DNA of 61,564 bases, filler included, from Hausera hauseri (lineage: Eukaryota): the NCBI GenBank assembly GCA_046269625.1. It is 10 parts of 10 records of this genome, joined end to end, with 100 filler letters (N's around TTAATTAATTAA, not from the genome) between each part and the next. Parts side by side here need not be neighbours in the genome. Positions count along the whole stretch, not along the records: positions 30,697 to 38,975 come from JBJURY010705437.1; positions 39,076 to 43,058 come from JBJURY010840635.1; positions 43,159 to 49,668 come from JBJURY010092321.1; positions 49,769 to 57,297 come from JBJURY010008789.1; 6 more parts are not named here. The stretch is one strand, 5' to 3'. Positions 36,947 through 50,026 of this stretch are shown piece by piece; position 1 is the stretch's first letter; each line of letters begins with the position of its first letter. A model generated the notes under the pieces. That model saw only the letters and a list, made by a program, of their open reading frames with translations. It was not told the origin of the DNA and made no database searches. Position numbers and translations under genes: made by a program.

Positions 36947-38880
36947 CACCGGTCTTCAGCTCGACGATATTCTTTTTGAAGTGAACGAAGAATAGAAGTT
37001 ACTTGGTCTGAAGTTTTGCACAAATTTGCAACAGCTATAAGTAGTTTATGCTCTTCTTCTCCAGCATACACTATTTTTGGCCATTGATCAGCAACTAGTT
37101 CGGCAATGTTCTGAGCTTCTTTTCTACAAGACATAATGGTTGAATATTGGTTATTAGTTTCATTCCCAGGACCCATAATATAACTAATTTGTTGAATATA
37201 TAACTCTGCAAAAGCGGCACACGTCACAGCCTGTGGATGGGCTTCAGTGAGAATTGGTTGAAATTTGTCGTGTTCCATCTGGGGTTGTTCAGATTCCATA
37301 AGAATGCTAGGTACCAAAGCGTTTTGTCGCAACATTTCATCACATCGAGATCCAAGTTTGTACCTGTTGCTCTGTTGTTCAAATTTGCGCCAATCCAGTT
37401 CAATTTTCGGACTCATGTTGACTTCATCAACGGACATAACTAAATCTGTTAGCTTATAGCTAAGTCGCTGTATCCTTTCGGCGCTATCTACAACACCAGA
37501 ATCATTAGATCCTGAACCACCGGCGGGGAAATTAACACCAAATGATTCGAATGCCCTTTCTAATTCCGGTCCTTCATAAATTACTTTTTTACCAGATTTT
37601 ATAGGTGCAAGGAATGTTGTCGTAACTTCTTCACGTTCGTTCATCGTTCTGGCATGTCTCGGGCCATTCAAAAAATGCACGTAGCTTGTATAGGAACATC
37701 ATGCTTAAGACAATTTATTGCCGAGGCTACATCCGGTTCAAACAGACGCAACTGGGGACATAAATCTAGTCTTACTTGGCTCTCTGTAAAGAAGTCGGAA
37801 GTGGTCTCTTTGTCTCTGGACACCTGCATGAGAAAAACATTGAAGTGATTTTTGTGTCATCTATTAATCTTGAACACAAAGTGGGTCCTTCTTTGAAGAC
37901 TTTATCTGCAGTATCAAGAATTTGCCTTTTTACATTATGAAAACGCCTTAATTCGTCTTCTACTCCTTCGATAGTCAGAGGAAATATTTCGGCGGAATTA
38001 TGATTCTCCTTTAGTTGATAAAACCACTTGAACAGATCTTTTGTGTGATTATGAAAACCAACTGCTAAATCAAGGGTATTGCGGCTGTTTTCCACTGATT
38101 CAGTAAAAGCTTTAATACGTTTTTCTAATCCTGTCTCTTTCTGCTGTATTTCTTCAGAATCATGTGCCTGTGCAACTAAATTGTCAACTGCTGGAATCGA
38201 TTTTTTGCATTTGTAAGTGTATTAGTGGCAACCGCTTCAAAATGCATATGAGCGTTATATAATTGTTCTCCTCGTTGGAGCGTTTTCCCAACTGCAGTTT
38301 GGCGTTTCAAAAATGGCTCCCCGTGCTACTTTAACCAAACCAAAACTTGAGCAACGTCCTCGCGGAACACTAGAAGGCTTAATCTGGCTGTAAACCTTTT
38401 TTTTCTGTTGGCATGAACTGTTTCTACTGTCTTGAAGTAAGCCCAGAGTTTGTTAATTAAATGAGTACAGTGCTTCCGTCCTTTACTGTAATCAACTGCC
38501 GCCGCCAACGACGTGTGACTACCTCTGGGAACTGGACGGCTTAACTGGGTTGCCAAAGCACGACTATCTGAACAAACTTCTTCGTGAGCCATTTGCCACT
38601 CCTCCCATAATTGTTGTAGTGTTGAAATATATTGTGATAATGAGGTAACTGTTTCTGTTTGCCCTGGCTGATGCTGATGTTGTTTCATTGCTTTTTCTCA
38701 AGGTGAACAATTAGCAAGAAATGCTTCAGCATGGGCGTGGAAGCTCGGTGATAATTTTAAAATGTTGCTCTGGTCTTCCAAAGCCGTTGTAAACGACTTC
38801 CAGTTATGTTCCGACTTTCTCGCTTGTCCCGGAATTTGAGGGCTGGCAAAATGGCCAGCACCATATTTAGTCAATTGATA
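36947..38880 (-). pseudogene. Trio/Kalirin-like spectrin-repeat region, apparently intronless and disrupted
   Basis: NWKSFTTALEDQS..L..S.SFH, VFREDVAQVLVWLK*HGEPFLKRQTAVGKTL, FEAVATNTY, MEHDKFQ, LCKTSDQVTSILRSLQKEYRRAEDRC parallel the Trio N-terminal spectrin repeats. Stops and frameshifts are present. Confidence 0.8.
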
Positions 38881-38975
38881 TTGATAGTAGGTAGATGTGA
38901 GGACATGGCGCCAACCCCCCCCCAGGGTAAGAAAGCATTGAGCGTGAGGAAATTCTTGGACCGTGGGAAAAGTTT

Positions 38976-39075
38976 NNNNNNNNNNNNNNNNNNNNNNNNN
39001 NNNNNNNNNNNNNNNNNNNTTAATTAATTAANNNNNNNNNNNNNNNNNNNNNNNNNNNNNNNNNNNNNNNNNNNN
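38976..39075. other. Artificial contig spacer
   Basis: 44 N + TTAATTAATTAA + 44 N. Confidence 0.98.
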
Positions 39076-39541
39076 GAATACGGCTTCCTGATTACATGAA
39101 CTGAAAACAATTAATGCATCTGTAAAGAACCACGTTATGTAGTTAAAATCATATAGAGCTGTTTTCAATACTTTTTATAATGATTAACTTGTAGTTTTTT
39201 ATGTTATCAAATTAAGAAAATTATGTCATTTAATTAATTATAATTTGTGGTAAATTTATAGAATTTCATCAACTTTGAGCATGTGGCAAATGTTGCTTAA
39301 TTTAAAAAAATTACTTTTTTGTTAAACATCGTTTCAAAAGGAATGATATTATGGTGTAAGACCTTAGAAATTATAAACTTCCCTTAAACATCAGGCAGCA
39401 ATACTTTCGTTACTTATAGTAGAAAAAGAGGTACTATACATGTATTGTAGGCTGTATCGCAGTTATAAAATTTCAAATTATCTTGAACCAAGTTTTATGT
39501 ATATGATACCATAGTCCGATACGTAGCCTATATATATTTTA

Positions 39542-41049
39542 CTGTACTGGAAACATTATTTGAGCCACAACCATTTTTAACAAAAGATAATTGAAACACA
39601 AGGCTTTTGAATTAAAGACAAAACTAATTTATTCAAAATTACTTGTCATTATTTACAATTCAAGCTATTACATTTTCACAAATTGTTTTTAATTAAATGA
39701 TGTAATTAGAGTCGGTTACCCTAATACTTGGCTTGACCACCTTGGTTGTTTTGAAGTTGCTCAATATGATCAGGCATTCCATCAACAAGCTTCTTGCACA
39801 GATCTTTGATACAGGCATCATGAATTCAAACTGCTATGGTGTCAGCGGTCAGTTGTTGCTTAGTAGAGGGTTTAATTTGAGTAACTTTGCTTTTTAGCAC
39901 TGCCCATACATTTTAGATCGTGTTCATATGGGGTGATGAACTGGGCCATTTGATAACATTGATACTCAAATCTCGAAACAACTTCATGGAAACCTTTGAT
40001 ACGTGGCATGGTGCCACATCTTGTTGCAGATACCATGGACCACCATTAGCAAACCAACCTTCAGCTTACGGAACTATTTTACCCCTAATAACGTTGCAAT
40101 AAACTTCCGAATTTATAAATTCTTCACACACGAAGTCGTCCGGGCTCTGTCACAAAATGCAACCCCAAAACATAACTTTTAAGGGGTGTTTAACTGTTTA
40201 TACCATGAATCAGGAACTTTGTGACAAAATGTGGAGCATCAGCTGATAATTAAATATAGGTTTCATAAATGAAGATGACTTGTCTCCAATTCTGAAATGT
40301 CGAATATTCTATAACCCAATTTTTTCAATTGCTGATGTGTTCGAGTTAGCAGCTGTTTCCTGATACGACATTTATCTCGTCGGTTAATTTTGCGTAAAAC
40401 ACTGCGTACTGTTTTTTTGAAACTTTGGAGAGACTGGATAGATATTGTGGATTTTTGTGGAAGTCAAATGTGGACTCATTTTGATCTTCCTTGTTATCAA
40501 TACTTTGTCACGCCCACCGAGTATTTTCTAACGACCACATCTCCCTCTTCTATTTGAAACTATTGTGCCTTCATTTTTGAATTTAGCTATTAACCGTGTC
40601 ACAAAACGTTGAACAGATTCTTACCCCTCAATCCTCTTTCTGATCTGTCGGCGTTTGTGGATGATGTCACATGACTGCTATGTTAGCACCACGTTTCATA
40701 ACCACGAATCACACGAAGCTGTGATTCTATTTGGAGTATATGATTCTATTAGAATCACATCGAGTTGTTTTCGGTTAAATTGAAAAAGACTGTAAATTTA
40801 ACAGACACACACAAATCGATTTTGGTATCAGTGTCAGCATGAACACACGAGGCAACCAAAGACAAAATGGACAGGCGGAGTGAAATAAATCGAGAAATTA
40901 AAAGAAACGTCACCAAAAATATGTCACACAGATATTAACCACAGTTACATTTTAAAAAAAAGGTTCTTTTGCACCGAGACAAATCTGCATGGCGCAACAG
41001 ACCGTAAGAAATGCCGCGTCCTCCATGATCAATGTTTGAACCATTACTG
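39542..41049 (-). mobile_element. Decayed Tc1 (DD34E) transposon; transposase remnant about 39722-40620
   Basis: WRQVIFIYET, TVKHPLKVMFWG, QQDVAPCH-34 aa-SPHMNTI*NVW, LVDGMP. Imperfect TIR-like ends CTGTACTGGAAACATT and (reverse complement) CAGTAATGGTTCAAACATT. Confidence 0.8.
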
Positions 41050-41100
41050 TGCACGCAATAAAGTAAGAACTTTGCCAATAAAACGTTGCTATCACGAGTA

Positions 41101-41420
41101 GATAATAGATAAATAGATAATATCTTTATTTAACCAGGGTTGAGAAATAGGCAGTATTTCCTGTTTACATTTCTGCCGTGGGGGTAGATTTTTCCTAGAA
41201 TTTTTCCCGGACAGCGGCCGTTAGGCCTACTCTTTTTCGATTTTCAACTGCCAAGGGATTTTTAACGTGCACGACAATGTACACGGACATCCGATCTCTC
41301 TACCCAGAGATCAGGGGAATTTTTAACTAGAAGATTCAGGAGAAAAAATCCCAAGTGGTTCCACCGGGATTTGAACCCCGCACCTCTAGCTCTCAAGGCA
41401 ATCAGCTCTCATTTATAGCA
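41101..41420 (-). mobile_element. tRNA-derived SINE with Deu/Nin-like central domain
   Basis: B box GGTTCAAATCC in the head, core GTGCACGTTAAAAATCCCTTGGCA..TCGAAAAAGAGTAGG, and AATAAA followed by a (TATC)-type tail. Confidence 0.7.
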
Positions 41421-41595
41421 TGATTATAAATGCTTTCATATGGCGTAATAACCCTGAGGTATGCACCAAACATATGACTATGTAGCAGTGGCGGATCGTC
41501 GAATTTTTCAAAGTGTTAGCACATTATATTATTTGTCCAGTGCCACTACTCACTACTGTTTACCCATAGATTAAGGCATTAATGAAAGTTTATAC

Positions 41596-41678
41596 TAGAT
41601 AAGATAATATAGATAAGATCTTTATTTAACCAGGGTTGAAAATAGGCAGTATTGCCTTTTTACATTTCTGCCCAGGGG
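41596..41678 (-). mobile_element. 5'-truncated second copy of the same SINE
   Basis: Shares TCTTTATTTAACCAGGGTTGA..AATAGGCAGTATT..TTTACATTTCTGCC and the tail with 41101-41182. Confidence 0.8.
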
Positions 41679-43058
41679 ATCGAACTAATACGTCGGATTG
41701 AGTTTGTTACAGACATGCGTGCTTAATAAATGTTATAATAGGGGAAGAGTGTGTTTCATCATAGAAGGGTTACTAAGACATTCATTTTCTATAAGAAGAT
41801 TATATGAGAAGAAAGAATTAATAGCCAGGAGTAAACTATTTCCCAATGTATGTAGCATACCACTTGTATGCCAGACTAAGTCTAAAGTGTATCGTTTTAT
41901 ATAGGATGGTGTGCTAATGGTACCTGGTGTGGTATACGTGGAGCTCTCGTCCTTTTTATTACGTCCTCTGCACGTAGCACCAGTTTCTTGTGAAACTATC
42001 CCCTTGACAAATCTATGTAACTGACTGCTTCAAACCTCAGTATATCTAACTGCTGTCGTGAAGAAAAACGAGTGGAAAGCCAGCTAGCCTACTACTAAAG
42101 GAACATGCATACAAACATTTAACAAGTACGCATACGAACAACTGCATGTCTACTATTCAACTACCTACATACATACATACATGCCAACCTACCTACCTAC
42201 ATACACACACACGTACACACATATATACACAGGTATACATATGTGCTCGTTTGTAACACACAAAATGTAACACCCGCATTGTCATAATGATAACATCCTG
42301 GTGGTCCACGTGTGTCTGTTAGTAACCTTGGTTACCATAGACTTACAAAATTTAAGCTTCACAAACATGGTACAACTGGGAACTCGAAAATTTGTGTCAT
42401 GTTAAACAAAATTATGAGTCCCAGACAGTAACATGAATTGACCGAAAACTCCTTTAAAAAGTGTGACTCCTCTTAACTGTCGAAAATATCTGCGATTAAA
42501 TGGAAGAGAAATGCAACACGGTAGGCCTATCATGCAGGATGCTCTGAATCCTGTTGAATGTTTCAAGATAAACAATACGCACAAAAACTATTCTAGAGAA
42601 GAGGTAGCCAAACTTTCAAACCTTCACAAGGGACATACGAACATCTGTAAGGTATATGGATTATCTTACAAAACAAAATTTAATAAATAAGAATTTTATA
42701 CAATAAAATACAAATTATTCAGAAACGTATAAAATTAAAGTTTTGTAAGTTATTTTTCCACATTTCAATTTGAATAAACCATGTTACAAACATATGCATA
42801 TCGGAAATAAATGTTCGATCACTAAATCTAAAAATATTAAATTATCAACTAAATATTGACAAAACTGTGGCCTTGAGTGGGTTTGTGCAACTCGCGACTC
42901 CAAGAAAGTATGAATACGGACCGACAGGCAACTGTTGTACTTAAGAATTCTCTTAGAGATTTCCTAAATCAAAATATGATGGAAACAACATATAACCTAT
43001 ATGTAAATGCTCTTTACAATATGTTTTGTAGAAAGGAATTGATCATTTGACTCCATGT

Positions 43059-43158
43059 NNNNNNNNNNNNNNNNNNNNNNNNNNNNNNNNNNNNNNNNNN
43101 NNTTAATTAATTAANNNNNNNNNNNNNNNNNNNNNNNNNNNNNNNNNNNNNNNNNNNN
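43059..43158. other. Artificial contig spacer
   Basis: 44 N + TTAATTAATTAA + 44 N. Confidence 0.98.

Positions 43159-43234
<76 letters not shown>
43159..43234. repeat. (GATA)n microsatellite
   Basis: Perfect tetranucleotide run, intronic. Confidence 0.97.
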
Positions 43235-43235
<1 letters not shown>

Positions 43236-43243
43236 CTACTCAC

Positions 43244-45816
43244 CCTATGCCTTCTGTTGTTAAGAGCTTTGGCTCTCCGATCCTCTTCCATTTTGTTGTC
43301 CTCGGTCAACTTGGATTCCCTCTTGATATTCTCAAAATATCTGTTGCAGGCTCCTATGAACACAAAAAGTGACATATGTCATTTGTCTGCACTTAGTGTT
43401 AGTGTTTTTGTAGAATTAAACAGAAGACTGAGATTGTGTTTTTTGTTTCACAGTGGTAAACTTATACTTAAATGAACCTTGTGTCTCTGGTAAAACCAAT
43501 TTTAAAATCAGAACTTACTTCTTATCAAAGATGAATCATATTCCTCCTCATCCATGACTGTCCGTGACACAGAGTTTGTGACTGCACTGTTGTGCTCAGA
43601 CGTGAACCTACAGATTACATTTCAGAAATCAGAAATGAATCACGCAACATAAGCTATGATATATCAAACAGCTGCAGTGAAAATGTGTTTTGGAGTTCTT
43701 TAAAGTGATATTATTTTTAAACTAAAGCAGTGGTTCCTACAGTGGGGAGAGAGGTGGGGCACTTAATAGAAAAATGAATGCTTGGACACTGCTATCATAA
43801 AAGGACAGATTTTTGTCAGGGCATAAATACAAAAAGACTGAAGGTGTCATTTCAGCCTAACAAAATTTGTTCAACTGATAAAAATAAGGGGAGGTGTGAA
43901 ATAAACTTCAATGGAGTTTGAAAATGGATTATTTACATATCTGGTTGGAGGGGCTCGAAATATTTCTTATAATTGAAAAGGGGGTGCTGCAGAAAAAGGT
44001 TGGGAACCACTTTACTAAAGCATCAGTAAATGGTCTTGGATCCAAGAAATAAATAACCGCTAAGTGATGCTGCTGTACCCTCTGAAGGAAAAAATATTTA
44101 TCAGCGACCTTGTAATCAGAGGACAGACTAACACATGGTTAGTAATATCTTACCTCTCATTTCCCCTGTATTTATGTTCATCCTCCAGACTCCTGTGGAT
44201 CCTTTTTACCTCCCGCTATAAAAACAGAAAAGCAAAACAAAACAAAAAATTTCACAGAGAACAGTTAGCTCATGAGAGAGGAAATGTGTGTCACAGTGTC
44301 TCAAACAAAATACTTAACCTTGATAACACTTAAGCTATTCTTTAAAGTGCAAATGCAGTTCAATCATTCTCCATCACTTAAAGAGGAGGTTGTGGGTGAA
44401 GTTTTTGTTTTGCCTTGATGTAATTAAATCATTAATTGTTTAATTGACGTTTGTATGTGGATGTTGTTACGCTCCTAGCTGTAGAAATGCAATTCGCTGT
44501 CAAGGTTAAATATTCAAAATTCTGTTCAATTTTCTACATGTTTTGACCCGTTACCTTTTGATACTAAAGTAATAGTGTATGAAAATCCATAGTCATTATA
44601 TGTACTATGATCAGATCATAGATCTGTTTCGACCTACAGAATAAATGTGAGTACAACAAAACACAGGCTTAGTGTATAACTTACAGACAGGGCCTTGGGG
44701 ATGAGTTGTGATGAAGTGGAAGTGTGTTGAGTTGATGCTTCCGCCACCAACTGGCCTTTTATTTCTGCGACCGCCTCAGTCAGCCCGTCCAGTTTTGCAG
44801 CCATCATCTCCTCCATCTTGTCCATCCTTTGGTGCACATTGGACAGAGCCCTGAAACATTTTCAGTTGTTTTGCAACATTTCAGTTAATGGCTGAGCAAA
44901 TTGGAACAAACATTACAGAAAACGAAGCTAGCGATGGGGCAAGTGCGATGCGAGGAGCTGTGTGTGAGGAAGACGATCCAGGATGTTTATCCCAACGCAA
45001 TTTGTGAAATTCATAACGTTTAAAACAGTAAAAGATAAATGCCTAAAGCAACAGAATATAATTAATAGGTCCTAAAGTGATGAATATGTGTTTTTCTGTG
45101 TGCCGATCAGTCGGAGAAATGATGTGAGTTTGCGGCAGTGAATTCACCTCCGCATGCAGAGCGGTCCATCTTTTTCCAAACTGTTAAAATTAGTAGCCTA
45201 AATCTCACCGTGTCCTGGTTCATAAGGGAAAAAGCTTTTACCTCTGTGTGCATTAATTAGAGAGTGTTTTGCGAGGTGTGCGGGACACAACCTCGAACCC
45301 GCAGGAGCGCAGATGGAGAAAAAAAGCAGCGCGCAAAAATAAAAAGTAAATAGCAACGTACTCTATAGCTTATGTTTATATAAATTTGCATTTAACCTGC
45401 ATAATATATTGTTACTGATTACATTAGGCTACATAAGAAAAATATTATATAAGATATAATAATTCCAGGATCTGTGTCAATGTCCGCCCCACCAATTAAT
45501 CAAGAGCCGCTACTGATCAGTTTCTCTGCGAAGCTAAACACAAATAACTCCTCATATTCAACAAATGAAACAAATTGATGGCGTAAAAAACAATGTCAAC
45601 TTACTTCCACACTTGATGTAATGTGACATCAGTCGCCGGACTGTGAGATCTCCCTCTGGATCCAACGAGGCGCCGTTTTGCTTGGCCTCGTTGTGAAGAC
45701 CCACATACGGGAGTTTCATGGCTTCTTTGGCGTAGGCTGACATTACGCCTAACATTCGTCTCATTGGTGTCCTCCGAGTCTGAAGACTCAGCGCGTTGTC
45801 GTTTCCTCCCAGACAT
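43244..45816 (-). CDS. Five 5' exons of an uncharacterised coiled-coil protein (C14orf93-like/transposon accessory), partial
   Basis: Exons 45816-45605, 44850-44685, 44215-44154, 43607-43519 and 43353-43244 all have GT-AG ends with consistent phases: MSGRKRQRAESSDSED...REVKRIH...FTSEHNSAVT...ACNRYFENIKR...NNRRHR. Confidence 0.7.
43728..44012. mobile_element. Charlie/Buster-type hAT MITE in an intron
   Basis: TIRs CAGTGGTTCCTAC...GTTGGGAACCACTT with 8-bp TSD AACTAAAG / TACTAAAG (nnnTAnnn). Confidence 0.8.
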
Positions 45817-46049
45817 TACGTGCTACTTGGCGTGAACTCAATTACAAAGTGAAAAAAAACTATCACAGGCATCACCTCGGACCGTAATTTAATCTGCGTG
45901 GCTACCTGTAGGTTTGATATGATTGGCTAGAGTAGAGGAAGCAGCCAATGAAATCGAACGCTGCTGCTGCGCAGCGGGTGAACAACCAATCAAATGAATC
46001 ATAAAACAGTGATAACAATACAGTATATAACAGTATATGAGTTATATTC
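45817..46049. promoter_or_regulatory. Putative bidirectional promoter with three CCAAT boxes
   Basis: 233 bp between divergent ATGs. ATTGG near 45922, CCAAT near 45944 and 45985, in a CpG-rich context. Confidence 0.55.
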
Positions 46050-48923
46050 ATGCAGGACATCATGACTACGCCAGCAAAAAAAATGAAAACAAACCCGAGG
46101 TACATCTACTGTGACCACTGTAGAGAAATCGTGTGTAAAACTACATACTATGAACATTTACGTAAATATGGACAGAAAGAAACCTACGGACAGGTGGATA
46201 CCAAAAAGGTATGTATGACTTTTGCATATATGTGACCCAGAATATCTAAATGAGGATGGAGTCTAAAGGTGGGATGTGGAGAAATAAGCAAATATATTTT
46301 GATTAAAATGTTTGCAAAAATTGAATTCTGTCAAAATATTATGAATACATGTTTTATTAATGATCAATTGATTACATTGTCTGAAAAACAATCTTAAATT
46401 TTTTTGAGTAATTTTTTGGATCTGTACCTACAAACAACTTGATTTTGAGGAAAAATGCCTTAACATTTTGAGTTTTTCCATGTGAGGCAGCAAAACATTT
46501 TTTGTCTTTCCAGCTGGAAATCCCAGTTTTAAAACACTATTAAGTCATATCTCTGGATCCACTTAAGTTATCAGCATGATCCAGGTATCAAAATGTAGCT
46601 TTTAAAGCCAGAAATCTGAAAATGTAATAGTCAGTGTCAATGTCAAATTTATTTCTATAGCACATAAAAACAACAAAAGCTGACCAAAGTGCTTTACAGT
46701 TCAAGACTGTCGAACAAATACAAATAAAACAGAGAAACACATTGAAGAAAAAAAAAAACTTCAGCTCTAATAAACCTCAAACTCCATCTAGTCGAAAGCC
46801 AAAGGTCATTTTGACCAAAATTGACTTAATCCTCATTTCAATGTGATCGGTCACATTTCTTATCTGCTTTCTAAATTCACACAGCTTTACATTCATCATG
46901 AATTTTGGCTAGGGGATGTTTTTAATGTACATAAGCATAATGCACATGCACTATGTTCTGTAAAGTACTACTACTATACAGAGAGTACCCTAAAATAGTC
47001 TCAAATATTAGTAGAAAATGTAGGAAGCATACGTCTTGGATGGATACATACATTCAAGAAAATATACTCTAGTAAGTGTAAAAAAACGGTTTGTAAAAAG
47101 ACTGCTAAACTACTGTATGTTTGATCAAAACATCTGCTTTAATATTTTAAATGATGCCATCAGACATGCAAAATGTTGTGTGCAAAGTCTTTTATTTTAA
47201 AGATTAAGCTAATTAAACTTGCAATTATCTGTACTAAAAAAACAAGTTGAGTTTTTTTTCATTTTTCATCTCAGGGGGCCCCTAGAGAAAACTATGAAAT
47301 GAGACAAGTAAATGGAAGAGAAAACAAAGAAATCACAGCTGTTCTTGACAGTAATGAAAAACAGGTAAGCAACAAGGTGTGCAACTTTTGTTCTAAGTGC
47401 TTGATTGTTTCAGTTCACATTCATGTTACACACAGACAACCAACAGCATGGAAGTTGTGAAAGATTAAAACAGCTCCTTAGATATAGCCTTAGTAGATTT
47501 AGCGATTAAATAGATAATTCAGAGGAAAACTGAAAATGTATTCTAAAAACAATTAGTGAATTTCCTTCTATTGAAGCACATAAAGATTGTTGGTTTTCTA
47601 TCTCTGGAAAATCTCCTCTAGATTATAGTTACAGCTTGGGTGACCAAAGGTGGGGGCAGGAGTGCAGTCATAGGCATGATGGAAGATGATGTTGAGTTTG
47701 TATAGTTAGGAGGTGTGAATGTGTCCCCTTAGGTATTCAGCCAGGCCTTTGTTTACTACACTGAATAGGATGAGTTCCTGCAGTTAGTGAAGTCACTCCT
47801 CTTACTGATCCAGTATCGGCTGAAAAAAATGTTTCAACGGGACTTTTCTGTAGCTGCTCTGATATAATTTGTCAGTGTGTTCCTGGCATTTATTCCCACT
47901 CCTGTAGGCGCCTTGACCCACTAAAGACCTATGAGTTTGACTGTGCACCAAGGCGTAGCTTGTTGCCACTAGTCTTTGCACAGTCATTTATTCACCGAGT
48001 GTGACAATGTCATAGAGTTAGTGAGATGATCCCTGTTGTCATTTGTGGCTTCGCAGATGTTCCACTCTGTAAATTCAAATCAATCCTGTAGTTCTTGCTT
48101 TCTGTTGCATTTTAATTTTAGATTTTAATTTCTGCCTAGATTTTGGACCAAGATCAAACATTTGTCATAGTGCCCCATAGTAACACAGTGGACAGAGTGT
48201 TAGTGTTATGTGTCTTTTATGAAGGTGAAGCATGTTATTGTCTCTGGTGGAACAGGTAATATGCTGCATGTATTTTGGTAGTTCATGATTAAATTTTGCA
48301 ATTTCAATGTCCCAAAAACTAATGGACAGTACATCTGGATATTTTTGTTCCATGTCAGATATTTGGTGAATCAGTGTTTGCACTGCACTGTTTATATTGG
48401 CTTGAGGTCAGTTTTTCTTGCTGAATGAGAGCACTTCTTAGGAAAATTATTTGTTAAAAATTGGAAAAATTATTTGTTAAAAATTGGAATTTATGAGATG
48501 TATGCTTTGGAGTGTTGTTTGAAAGTGACACCACTCATTTGCGTCTCTTGGCATTCTCCACAGAAAAGCTGCACCTCTGATATGGACCTTCTGTAAAATT
48601 CCTAGATTTGTTAAAATATATTTGGTGCCACATGTGAAACAAATTACACCTAAGTTGTTTGCAAAATATATTACAATCAGTTATAAATAAGATCAGATTA
48701 AATGTGATTCCACTTGAATTTTTAATGCTTGATTTCAATTTTGCATCCAAACATTATATTTGTGGATTTAAAATATTTTAAAACCTACATGGATCAATGT
48801 TTAAGTGACGCTGATCTTTTCCAGTGAGGGAAAAGTGGAATAATGTTTGTCCTATATTTGTGTTACAGGATAGTGACGAGTCATTCTACGGGGCTGATGG
48901 AGAAGAGCAACAACCATATGCAG
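46050..48923 (+). CDS. 5' exons of a gene starting with CxxC...H (EnSpm/CMC transposase-like N-terminus), partial
   Basis: Exons 46050-46208, 47275-47364 and 48869-48923 have GT-AG ends and compatible phases: YCDHCREIVCKTTYYEH followed by acidic exons. No catalytic domain lies in the contig. Confidence 0.5.
47700..48420 (-). mobile_element. Old LINE fragment (Rex1/Babar-like endonuclease-linker region)
   Basis: LPKYMQHITCSTRDNNML and downstream remnants resemble fish Rex1 ORF2. Heavily degraded. Confidence 0.45.
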
Positions 48924-49668
48924 GTACATATGTCAGCAATTATTTTCTGTTTTGTGATCTTTGTACCATCTGTGCTGTAGAATAATGAAGTTCTGTGAAG
49001 ACAAGAGTGGAGCCGGGGGAGGGGGGTGTCTGTTGTAGTCTTCTAAAGTGGGGAATGTTAATAATGTGTGAAATAGTAATGAGGGCATTGCAAGTGGGGA
49101 GACTGAATCGGGGGAGGTCGCTTCAGATCATTCTCCCACCTTGAGTCAGCTACAGGCTTGGAGTTCAGTCAGGCTTTTCCCAACTTCATGTTATTTTACT
49201 GGAGCTGGTCTTCCACTTTTTTTTTCTGTTGGTGTTCTTTTTAGGCCTGAGCAGCTAAGGCCTATTGTCGCTGCGAAGGCCTATTGTAATCGCTCCGTTC
49301 AGGCCCGACCTGCAATTTTTTCCGTCAAATGAAAGTTTTAAGTTGAACGGTCCCGATCGGACCCCTGTTACCTAATCAGCGTGACAGTGTGTCCAGTGAC
49401 CCAAGACATGTTGGTGTAACAAGCTTTCCAACACTGACCGTTTTGGGTGGAGCATGTGGGCGTGGCGACGTGGCGAAGTAAGACGTAACGCCGTCGCCAT
49501 ACGTTTGGTTCTAAAATCCACAGATTTGATCCGAGGAGTACCAAAATCAGTATGATCGATCACTGCCCACCCCTTGAACAGGAGTCCATGATATTTGTCC
49601 AATAGCCTCCACAGCGCCCCCTAGAATATTTTAAAACCTCAGCCCCAAGCCGTTTTTGGCCCGATTCT

Positions 49669-49768
49669 NNNNNNNNNNNNNNNNNNNNNNNNNNNNNNNN
49701 NNNNNNNNNNNNTTAATTAATTAANNNNNNNNNNNNNNNNNNNNNNNNNNNNNNNNNNNNNNNNNNNN
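49669..49768. other. Artificial contig spacer
   Basis: 44 N + TTAATTAATTAA + 44 N. Confidence 0.98.
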
Positions 49769-50026
49769 TAAAATTATTGTTGTTTGAAATACATTGTTCA
49801 TCATACCTCATGTGAAATTTGCGGGATAAAAAATGACGAATTCACCCAATCCGGGATACTATATAAAAACGGATTCATCCAATCCGGAATACTATCTAAT
49901 AACGGATTCACCCAATCGGGGGATAAAAAATAAGTACCGGTTCATCAATTCGTGAAAATCACTTTTGTTTAAACGTATCAATTCAATGGGGGTATAGGGT
50001 TTTGTGCCAGAACTCCCATTTTTCCT

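Noticed and set aside
41355-41420. tRNA gene
   Set aside because: Only the B box/T-arm is convincing, and it continues into a SINE body and tail.
49245-49668. Terminus of a fish non-autonomous DNA element
   Set aside because: It looks repeat-like (AGGCCT...AGGCCTATTG), but it is truncated by the contig end and cannot be classified.
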